NCBI GenBank assembly: GCA_040386515.1
Contig: JAZKFG010000002.1
Span: 191,716-250,297 of the forward strand
Length of the DNA stretch: 58,582 nucleotides
Source: Patescibacteria group bacterium
GTDB lineage: Bacteria > Patescibacteriota > Minisyncoccia > Phycocordibacterales > CAIZLB01
Direction: 5' to 3'
In this document: positions 25,470-34,329 of the stretch, piece after piece
Numbering within the stretch: position 1 is the stretch's first letter
How the letters are laid out: each line of letters opens with the position of its first letter
Notes under the pieces: generated by a model
What the model was told of the DNA's origin: nothing
Database searches by the model: none
Seen by the model: only the letters and a program-made list of their open reading frames with translations
Program-made: the position numbers and the translations under genes

Positions 25470-28202
25470 ATGAATCGTGCATTCCTTTTTGTAATATTAA
25501 TACTTTTGCCATTTTCATTAAATGCACAAACTGTATCAACCATATCACAGCCAATATGTACTTTTAATAGAAACCTTCAAGTAGGATTTAAAGGTGAGGG
25601 TGTGAAAAATCTTCAGACTATTTTAAATATAAATACTCAAACTCAAGTTGCTAAGGTTGGGGCAGGTTCGTCTAAAAATGAAACTACTTTTTTTGGAGCT
25701 GCAACTCGAGCAGCAGTAATTAAATTTCAAGAATTATATGCCAAGGATATTTTAATTCCTTCAGGATTGGCTAAGGGAAATGGTTTTGTTCGGGCATTTA
25801 CAAGGGAAAAGCTGAAGGAAGTATGTATGCCTGCACCTGCAGTTGTTTCTCTGCCAGTTACAACTAATGCTAATGCAACAGCTACTGCATCCGTTACTAC
25901 AACAACTGTTATTAATCAAGTTGTGCAGCAGATATATGCTGGAGGAGGAACTCCTACATATGATGCTATGCCTCCAGTTATTTCTCAGATATCAGTAACT
26001 CCAATTTCGGATACAAGCGTAATTGTTACTTGGACAACTGACGAATCAGGAAATTCATTGGTGGAGTATGGGACAAGTGCATCGTATGGACTTTCAACAA
26101 TTGATACTGCTTTTGTTACAGCACATAGTGTTACACTTACAGGATTAACAGCAAGTACAACATATCATTTTAGATTGAAGTCTGCTGATGTGTTGTCAAA
26201 TGTAAGAACATCATCCGATCAAGTCTTTACAACGTTTGTTGGACTAATGGATTCATACAGCAACTTGTATGCAGTTCATGCTACAAAACGGGTACTTACT
26301 TCGTATTCAGGTCCTTTGTATAGAATTAGAAGAGATTCAGATAATGCGACTATGGATGTAACACCAACAGCAACTGGCTGGCCAAATAATTCAGCAATTT
26401 CAACATGGCTTGCTGGTGCAAATGCGTACGTTACAACCGTGTATGATCAATCTGGAAATGCACGAAATCTAATTCAGACTACTGTGATCAAACAACCGTC
26501 ATTGAATCTTAGCGGAACGCAGGCAGTGTTTGAATTTGATGGAGGAACTCAGGAACTCGCTGGTGCTACTACGATGAATGCATTCTCTCAAAATATAGGT
26601 GCAGCATCTGTGGTTATGGTACGACGTCATGATATTGCAACAGTAACGGATAGAGTGCCTTTCTTTGTTTCAACTCCTTCTGGTGCAACAAGAATGACTA
26701 TGGGAATTAGCGCGACACTTGGAACTGATTCTGCATCAGGACGTCGAACTGACGCTGATAGTATTCAGAGAAGTAATGGATTTTCAATAAATACAAATTG
26801 GGCAACTGAAATCGGTCGTTGGGATTGGTCGACAGCAAATCTATATCATCAACGAGATGGGGAAAGTGAGATTAAATCCTCATTCCAGACTGCTGGAAAT
26901 TCTCAAAACAGTACGAGTACAATCGTAACAGTAGGTGCCGCCTCGACCAACTCGTATTTCAGTGGGCAGATTAGTATGATTGGTTGGGTAAGAGCAAAAT
27001 TAACTGATACTGAAGTAAATACAATGGTTAATTCGCTTTCTGAATTAAAAGCTACAACAACTCAAAGTACAAACGGTCAATTTTTATCATGGGGATCAAC
27101 TGCATTAACAGGGACATATACCCTTGCACCAGGATTGACGAACTATACAGCGTTCGCGCCAAGTGGAGCAACTGTCACAGAGGCGGATTTAGACAGTCAT
27201 AGATATCATCATCATACTCGTATTGCGGTACAAAATGGAAGAGTGTGGGTCGCATTTACAAGTAGTGGTACTAACGAAGATGGAAGCGGACAGTTAACTG
27301 TAGTTAAGAGTAGTCCAGACGGTGGTAGTACATGGTCGACCACGACTGTTGCTGTTGGATCACAGAGTACATTTGCAGCTGCTGGAGCTTCGTATGTAAA
27401 TGGAAGCAGAATTACATATCCTCGATCTTTTGTTAAATACAATGGAGAACTGTATCTCGTAACTGCCGTAGATGATGTAACAGCATCAAACAATCTTACA
27501 GGAAGTGCTTTGCTTGCCAATAAAATGAATGACGACGGAACTGTAGGAACAGTCTTTAGAATTTCAACAGAAAACTATACGCCTCAGTCAGGATTTCCAA
27601 CAATCAATTACGATGCGACTCTTGGTCCTGCTTTATTTGCCTCTGCCGCGCTCTATGGAAACTGGGGAGGATCAAGCATCGGAAATACTCCTTCAAGCTG
27701 GACTGGATGGATTACGCAATATGGTGAAAACTTTACTGAACCGACAACTATTGATCTTAATGTATCAGGAACTGCACTGGTTAGATTATGGAGAAAGACT
27801 ACTACGACATTTGTTGGATTTAATTCACTGTGGTCGCAAAGATCTTCTAACGGTGGGGCAACTTGGTCACCTTTATCTCAGACAACTATTCCAAACTCAC
27901 CTTCATCCGCGACGGGTATACGATTGCCAGATGGAAGAATTGTCCTGGTAGGTAATCCACGTGATGTAACAAATCCACGTGATCCACTCTATATCGCTCT
28001 GTTTAATGGTACGACTGGAGTTGTTAATAATGTATATGCTGTTAGACAAGGACTTTCTGCAAACCCTGTGTTCCCGGGTACATTTAAAAGTGGAGTTATT
28101 GCATATCCAGATGTTGCTTTTGATGGTACAAATCTTTGGGTAAGTTATTCAATACATAAAGAAGATATCGGTGTGACAAAGATTCCTCTGGGTGGATTAT
28201 AA
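25470..28202 (+). CDS. Large secreted multidomain protein: peptidoglycan-binding domain + FN3-like + jelly-roll/LamG-like + BNR (sialidase-like) propeller
   Basis: 910 aa with a signal peptide. PG_binding-like region (GEGVKNLQTILN...FGAATRAAVIKFQELY). FN3-like region (ISVTPISDTSVIVTWTTDESGNSLVEYGTSASYG...TYHFRLKSAD). BNR/Asp-box motifs SSPDGGSTWS and SSNGGATWS. TGgTAGAAT at 25455-25463 ends 7 nt before the ATG. Confidence 0.8.
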   Translation: MNRAFLFVILILLPFSLNAQTVSTISQPICTFNRNLQVGFKGEGVKNLQTILNINTQTQVAKVGAGSSKNETTFFGAATRAAVIKFQELYAKDILIPSGLAKGNGFVRAFTREKLKEVCMPAPAVVSLPVTTNANATATASVTTTTVINQVVQQIYAGGGTPTYDAMPPVISQISVTPISDTSVIVTWTTDESGNSLVEYGTSASYGLSTIDTAFVTAHSVTLTGLTASTTYHFRLKSADVLSNVRTSSDQVFTTFVGLMDSYSNLYAVHATKRVLTSYSGPLYRIRRDSDNATMDVTPTATGWPNNSAISTWLAGANAYVTTVYDQSGNARNLIQTTVIKQPSLNLSGTQAVFEFDGGTQELAGATTMNAFSQNIGAASVVMVRRHDIATVTDRVPFFVSTPSGATRMTMGISATLGTDSASGRRTDADSIQRSNGFSINTNWATEIGRWDWSTANLYHQRDGESEIKSSFQTAGNSQNSTSTIVTVGAASTNSYFSGQISMIGWVRAKLTDTEVNTMVNSLSELKATTTQSTNGQFLSWGSTALTGTYTLAPGLTNYTAFAPSGATVTEADLDSHRYHHHTRIAVQNGRVWVAFTSSGTNEDGSGQLTVVKSSPDGGSTWSTTTVAVGSQSTFAAAGASYVNGSRITYPRSFVKYNGELYLVTAVDDVTASNNLTGSALLANKMNDDGTVGTVFRISTENYTPQSGFPTINYDATLGPALFASAALYGNWGGSSIGNTPSSWTGWITQYGENFTEPTTIDLNVSGTALVRLWRKTTTTFVGFNSLWSQRSSNGGATWSPLSQTTIPNSPSSATGIRLPDGRIVLVGNPRDVTNPRDPLYIALFNGTTGVVNNVYAVRQGLSANPVFPGTFKSGVIAYPDVAFDGTNLWVSYSIHKEDIGVTKIPLGGL

Positions 28203-28215
28203 AAATAAAAAAATT

Positions 28216-28250
28216 AAGCCGGCAACCTTGTAAGTGGTTGTCGGCTTTTG
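28216..28250. terminator. Rho-independent terminator, usable in both directions
   Basis: AGCCGGCAACC (28217-28227), 8-nt loop, GGTTGTCGGCT (28236-28246). Flanked by an A-run on the left and a T-run on the right. Confidence 0.8.
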
Positions 28251-28403
28251 AATTGACTACTCCAAGGGAGTGTTTAATCGGCTCCACCATCTCTGGGGTA
28301 TTCTTCGTCATCAGGGTCGGTCGAGAGTGTTTCTGTCATGGCATTCGGGAGATTGGTTAAAAGATCTCCTAATCAACAATATCATATTTTTATGCTATTG
28401 TAG

Positions 28404-29651
<1,248 letters not shown>

Positions 29652-29911
29652 AATAAAAACGACCCCACCTGCATAGTGATCAAACCCGAAGGGATCTAAC
29701 GTATGGGTGAGGCCCTGTGTTTCCACAGTGGGCTGTTAAAGCGCTACTACCGGAGGACCTTTATAATTAAGGTCGACATGCACGGTTTCACTAGGCTTAT
29801 ATAAAACGTACCATATGATTTGCTTAGGTACAATGCATAAAAAATAGCCGTGCATTAATCGCCCCACTCCTGGGATCAATCAACGCACGGCCACATGGCA
29901 AACGTGCCAAC
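29652..29911 (-). ncRNA. Candidate structured ncRNA of unknown class (~260 nt)
   Basis: GC-enriched convergent spacer. On the minus strand there is a cUUCGg hairpin (plus 29685-29693), CUGUG-GAAA-CACAG (29715-29728), GCCGUGC/GCACGGC (29847-53/29885-91), GACCUU/AAGGUC (29756-61/29769-74) and GUACC/GGUAC (29808-12/29827-31). A terminal stem CCUCACC/GGUGGGG is followed by U5AU3. Extended -10 TGaTAGCAT lies at 29918-29926 on the minus strand. Confidence 0.4.
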
Positions 29912-29942
29912 GAATGCATGCTATCACAGATTTCTGAAAATT

Positions 29943-29991
29943 AAAAATACCAAACCCATGCTTGGCTGCGACGTATGGGTTTGGTATTTTT
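29943..29991. terminator. Bidirectional terminator hairpin (17-bp stem) carrying a conserved 21-nt core
   Basis: AAAAATACCAAACCCAT (29943-29959) pairs with ATGGGTTTGGTATTTTT (29975-29991). Abuts the dnaE stop codon. Confidence 0.8.
29957..29977 (+). repeat. 21-nt repeat CATGCTTGGCTGCGACGTATG (copy 1)
   Basis: Exact reverse complement of 46022-46042. In both places it forms the apical part of a hairpin. Confidence 0.85.
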
Positions 29992-32900
29992 AATTTAGCT
30001 TTTGTGCACTCTCAAACACCAAACTCTTTTTATCCTCATGAGGAGAGAATTTACCTTTAAGTACAATACAAGACTCTTCAATAATAACTTTTCTTGCCTC
30101 ATCCACTTGTTTTGGAAATACCACTACTTCAATCTCTCCACTCAAATCTTTCAGTGTAAAAAATATAATCTTTTTAAGTGGATCTTTTTTTGTGGGAATT
30201 TCTTTTACACGTTCCACAATTCCGCCGAGTATATACATTTTTTCAGCAACACCCTCAGCAAGAACTTTTAATACGTCAATATCTCTTTTTTCAAATACTG
30301 ATTTATATTTATCGAGTGGGTGACCAGAGATGTAAAATCCAAGCAAATCTTTTTCCCACAATAATCTTTGCTGTAGTGTTTCTGGTCGCTGTGCAGTAAT
30401 TTCCTTATGTTCTACAATAGCTTCTTCTGCACCTCCAAACATATCAAACAAGTTTCCTTGAGCCGCATCAATTTTTGCATTTGATTTATTGTATTCAAGA
30501 TATTTTTCTAGTCCTTCCAGCAAATCCATTCTATCTCCAAGATCATCCATCGCTCCTGACTTGATCAGGGCTTCAAGAGATTTTCGGTTAAGATTTCTAT
30601 CTTGTATTCTCTCTAAAAAGTTTTCAATACTTGTAAATGCACCATCTTTAGTTCTGTTATCAATAATACTCTGTGCAATTCCTTCACCTAAGTTTTTAAT
30701 ACTGAAAAGTCCAAAACGAATCGCATCTTTTCCAGTTTCTTTATTGTATTCAGGAATAACGGTAAATGTTCCAAAACTTTCATTAATACTTGGCGGAAGA
30801 ATAGTAATACCCATTCGCCGACATTCTTTAATAGAGACAGCCACACCTTCCAGATCTCCTGACTCAGCAGTAAGAACCGCAGTCATATATTCTGATGGGT
30901 AGTTAGCTTTTAAATACGCTGTCACGTATGCAACTCGTCCGTATGATACAGAGTGAGCTTTGTTAAATCCATAGGCTGCAAACGGCTCAATCCATTTCCA
31001 TACATCTGATGCTTTTTTCTCTGACCATTTACTATGTGTTACGCACCCTTTAATAAATTTATCTTTTTGGGCAGCCATTTCTTCTGGAATTTTTTTACCT
31101 ACGGCCTTTCGGAATTTATCAACTTCTCCCCATGAGTATCCTGCAATCTTATGGGCCATCATCAGCAAGTCGTCCTGGTATACAAGAACCCCGTATGTCT
31201 TTTCAAGAATATCTTCGAGCATTGGGTCCATGTATGACACCAGCGTTGGATTATGTTTTCGCTCAATATACATGGGAATAAACTGAATAGGTCCAGGTCG
31301 ATAGAGAGCTACCATGGCGTTAATGTCGTGAATCGTTGTCGGCTTAAGGTCAACTAAATATTTTGTCATTCCATCACCGTTCAACTGGAATAAATCCTGT
31401 GTCTCACCTCGGGCAAGCATTTCAAATGTTTTTTGATCGTCCATCTTTAAGTTGTCAATATCGATGTCAATGCCAAAACGATTTCGAACGAGTTTTTTTG
31501 CTTCGTAAATAATTTTCAAGTTTTTAAGTCCAAGGAAGTCAAACTTTAAAAGTCCTGCCTCTTCAATAGAGTACATGTCGTACTGACTAATAATCTTTTG
31601 TTCACCTTTAGTATCATACTGGAGTGGAGTAAAGTCAGTTAAGGCGGTAGGGGAAATAACCACACCTGCTGCATGCACACCGATATGCCTCGCACACCCC
31701 TCAACTTTTTTGGCCATATCAATAATAGTTCGCACGTCAGGATTTTCCTTGTACAGCGTTTTTAATTCTTCTGTGATTTCAATAGCATGATCAATAGTCA
31801 TTAAAAATCCCTGTGATCCAAGCGGAACAAGTTTTGAAATCTGATCACCGAGCGCATAAGGAAATCCCATGGCACGAGTTACGTCTTTAATAGAACCTTT
31901 GGCGGCCATAGTTCCGAATGTTCCAATCTGGGCCACTTTGTCTGCTCCGTATTTAAATCGAGCATAATCAATAATCTGATCGCGCTTATCATCGGCGTAG
32001 TCCATATCAATATCAGGAGCTGAAGGTCGTTCAGGGTTAAGGAATCGTTCAAAGGGAATTTGAAACTCAAGCGGGTCAATGTTTGTAATACCAGAGAGAT
32101 ATGTCACCATTGATCCAGAAACTGATCCTCGAATGTTTGAAAGGATTTCATTTTTCTTCGCAAAAGCCAAAAGGTCAGACACAATCAAAAAGTAAGGGGA
32201 GTATCCTTTTGTTTTAATAACTTCGAGTTCATATTCAACTCGCTTCAAAACCGCTTCTGTTTTTTCTACGCCTCGTTTTGCAAATCCTTCATACACAACA
32301 TCTCGCAATGCTTCGTCTGCATTTTTTCCTTCAGGCAAATCCATTTTAGGGAATACCCATTTTCCAAGTTCAATAACAAGCTTACACTGACTTGCAATAA
32401 CTTCTGTGTTTGCTAATGCTTCTTTATATATCGCATCTCTGTCGGCATTATTCTCATCAGAAAATAATTCCTCCATTCGAGAAGGTGAGGCAAATGAAAG
32501 ATCTGAATCATCTTCAATCACACGTTCAACATTACTCTGAATAGACATCATAGTTGCCCGAGCTTTTTTATCCTCAGGGTTTATATAAAACACATCGTTT
32601 GTTCCGACTGGCTTTATATTGAATCTTTTTATAAATGCAATAACACGAGCTTCGAGCTTATCGTGGCCAGTAAGCTCATCATGACGAGTTATTTCATAAT
32701 ATAAATCATCACCGTATATATTTTTAAGTTTTTTATATTCTTCAAGTGCAACATCGTCGTCATCAACTTTTAATGCTTCAGAAATTTTACTATTCCAAAA
32801 GGGAATAATGCAAATAAGATCATTCTGATATTTTCCAATAAGCTCATCGTCAATTCTTGGCTTATAGTAGTAACCTTCAATGTTTGAATCTGTTACAAGT

Positions 32901-33208
32901 TTTATAAGATTGAGATATCCTTCGTAATTTTTCGCAAGCAATAAGTGTCGAGTTCTCTTATTGTCCAATCGTCCTTCTTTATCAAAACGCGTTCGAGCTG
33001 CAACATAAAAATCAACACCAAGAATTGGATTTATTCCTTTGGCTGTACATTCTTTGTAAAATTCAATAGCACCGTATAAGTTGCCGTTATCAGTTAAGGC
33101 AAGGGAATCCATACCAAAAGCTTTAGTTTGTTTTACCAATTCGTCTATCTTTGGAACTGCTTGGAGCAGACTATAATGACTGTGCACATGCAAATGGGTA
33201 AAAGGCAT
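29990..33208 (-). CDS. dnaE: DNA polymerase III alpha subunit
   Basis: Trimmed to MPFTHLHVHSHYSLL (PHP domain start) at 33208. TATAAT (minus, 33216-33221) ends 8 nt before it. The 44-codon upstream extension in the track contains a terminator. PHP, palm/fingers and OB regions are all recognisable. Confidence 0.93.
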   Translation of the reverse strand: MPFTHLHVHSHYSLLQAVPKIDELVKQTKAFGMDSLALTDNGNLYGAIEFYKECTAKGINPILGVDFYVAARTRFDKEGRLDNKRTRHLLLAKNYEGYLNLIKLVTDSNIEGYYYKPRIDDELIGKYQNDLICIIPFWNSKISEALKVDDDDVALEEYKKLKNIYGDDLYYEITRHDELTGHDKLEARVIAFIKRFNIKPVGTNDVFYINPEDKKARATMMSIQSNVERVIEDDSDLSFASPSRMEELFSDENNADRDAIYKEALANTEVIASQCKLVIELGKWVFPKMDLPEGKNADEALRDVVYEGFAKRGVEKTEAVLKRVEYELEVIKTKGYSPYFLIVSDLLAFAKKNEILSNIRGSVSGSMVTYLSGITNIDPLEFQIPFERFLNPERPSAPDIDMDYADDKRDQIIDYARFKYGADKVAQIGTFGTMAAKGSIKDVTRAMGFPYALGDQISKLVPLGSQGFLMTIDHAIEITEELKTLYKENPDVRTIIDMAKKVEGCARHIGVHAAGVVISPTALTDFTPLQYDTKGEQKIISQYDMYSIEEAGLLKFDFLGLKNLKIIYEAKKLVRNRFGIDIDIDNLKMDDQKTFEMLARGETQDLFQLNGDGMTKYLVDLKPTTIHDINAMVALYRPGPIQFIPMYIERKHNPTLVSYMDPMLEDILEKTYGVLVYQDDLLMMAHKIAGYSWGEVDKFRKAVGKKIPEEMAAQKDKFIKGCVTHSKWSEKKASDVWKWIEPFAAYGFNKAHSVSYGRVAYVTAYLKANYPSEYMTAVLTAESGDLEGVAVSIKECRRMGITILPPSINESFGTFTVIPEYNKETGKDAIRFGLFSIKNLGEGIAQSIIDNRTKDGAFTSIENFLERIQDRNLNRKSLEALIKSGAMDDLGDRMDLLEGLEKYLEYNKSNAKIDAAQGNLFDMFGGAEEAIVEHKEITAQRPETLQQRLLWEKDLLGFYISGHPLDKYKSVFEKRDIDVLKVLAEGVAEKMYILGGIVERVKEIPTKKDPLKKIIFFTLKDLSGEIEVVVFPKQVDEARKVIIEESCIVLKGKFSPHEDKKSLVFESAQKLN

Positions 33209-33283
33209 GCGTACTATTATACTGCAGGTTGCAAGGGTCTGGGACTGGTGTTTTTGAGTGTTATATTGGTTATATGTGAAAAT

Positions 33284-33322
33284 GAAAAAACCTCGGTTGC
33301 CGCCAGAGTTGGCGGGCCGAGG
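33284..33322 (-). terminator. Rho-independent terminator (GC-rich) for the upstream small membrane-protein genes
   Basis: Minus strand: CCTCGG-CCCGCC-AACTCT-GGCGGC-AA-CCGAGG followed by T6. Confidence 0.8.
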
Positions 33323-33339
33323 TGATAAGAATTGGGACA

Positions 33340-33564
33340 TTAGGATTCTAATTCCTTCATTGCCCTGTTGATGAAAGGTGTGGCGATCACACCGCCAAAG
33401 GTACCGAGGAACATAAGACAGAAAAAGAAAATCCTTGTAAACAGACGGTCAGGAAATTTCTTCATCAATAAACCTCGATGAATCAGAAGGCAGATCAGGA
33501 ATCCGAGAAAACCTGTGATGAAATAAGCTGTAAAAAAGCCTGAATGCTGTAGGAGTGTTTTCAT
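33340..33564 (-). CDS. Small hypothetical membrane protein
   Basis: 74 aa, two TM segments. The start overlaps the upstream stop (ATGA). Confidence 0.4.
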   Translation of the reverse strand: MKTLLQHSGFFTAYFITGFLGFLICLLIHRGLLMKKFPDRLFTRIFFFCLMFLGTFGGVIATPFINRAMKELES

Positions 33565-33920
33565 TGCTTGGGTGTGGTTTGGGGTGAGGGAAGGCTTTCA
33601 GGGCCTTCAGCGAAGTCAAAAGTGGTCTTAAATGCCCATATACATAAAGGCATTAAAACACCATTTAAGGCTGCAATAATGAATGCAACGAAATAAATCG
33701 CGACAATTATTGCCAAACTTAGCCGTGGCTTGTTCAACCAACGGTCTAAAGTTTGTTTAATTTCCGCATAGTTATTTCCAGCACCGTTTTTGCTGAATAG
33801 CATACGGGATAGGTAAATAATGCCAAAGATAGCATTAAGGCAAAGAAGGACAATTATTAAACTAACCATAATGAGCACTGAGTGGGTGGAAGCCAGTAAA
33901 TGACTGGTACATGACGACAC
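33561..33920 (-). CDS. Hypothetical membrane protein
   Basis: 119 aa (GTG start in the track; an internal Met start is possible). Three TM segments. Confidence 0.4.
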   Translation of the reverse strand: MSSCTSHLLASTHSVLIMVSLIIVLLCLNAIFGIIYLSRMLFSKNGAGNNYAEIKQTLDRWLNKPRLSLAIIVAIYFVAFIIAALNGVLMPLCIWAFKTTFDFAEGPESLPSPQTTPKQ

Positions 33921-34043
33921 TTCGAGGTGTCACTAATCTTTTTATACTAACTACGAAGAGAAATGTCAATTTTGCTTAAAAACCGTAATATACCCAAATC
34001 CTACCCTTGCAATTATCCCTAAAATACGTATACTCATAGTATT

Positions 34044-34274
34044 ATGGTAAACAACATGCGTCACACACGAGGGCATACTCGTAACAGAAGAAGTCATCAT
34101 GCTCTTACAGCTGTAGACTTAACACTGTGTTCAAACTGCGGACAGCCGACTCCAAAACATATGGTTTGTAAAAACTGTGGTTTCTTTAAAGGGCGAATGG
34201 TTATTGATATGGCTGCAAAAATCGATAAAAAAGCTGTAAAAGCACAAAAAGCTGAGACTGTAAGCAAAGCCTAA
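34044..34274 (+). CDS. rpmF: 50S ribosomal protein L32
   Basis: RHTRGHTRNRRSHHALTAVDLTLCSNCGQPTPKHMVCKNCGFFKGR matches the L32 zinc-ribbon form. An alternative ATG lies at 34056. Confidence 0.85.
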   Translation: MVNNMRHTRGHTRNRRSHHALTAVDLTLCSNCGQPTPKHMVCKNCGFFKGRMVIDMAAKIDKKAVKAQKAETVSKA

Positions 34275-34329
34275 CTTTTAGAAAGGCTAAGTTTAGTCCA
34301 TTGTTCATTTAAATAAAAAACAAAACATC

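Noticed and set aside
28303-28316. A CUGAUGA...GAA string on the minus strand that resembles the hammerhead ribozyme core.
   Set aside because: No stem II hairpin lies between CUGAUGA and a GAAA element. No plausible stems I/III or cleavage-site triplet could be drawn.
29652-29926. Assigning the structured RNA candidate to RNase P, tmRNA, SRP, 6S or a T-box leader.
   Set aside because: I could not find the diagnostic elements:
- No GGAAAGUCC or ACAGAA-type P4 strands.
- No tRNA-like 3' end with GGUUCGA...CCA.
- No GGAAGCAGC helix-8 motif.
- No single long bulged helix.
- No downstream gene on that strand.

The class is left open.
33209-33340. The 44-codon N-terminal extension of dnaE in the ORF track (start at 33340).
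   Set aside because: The extension contains a GC-rich terminator hairpin plus T-run (33284-33322, minus strand). The canonical PHP-domain start MPFTHLHVHSHYSLL begins at 33208. A TATAAT ends 8 nt before that ATG.
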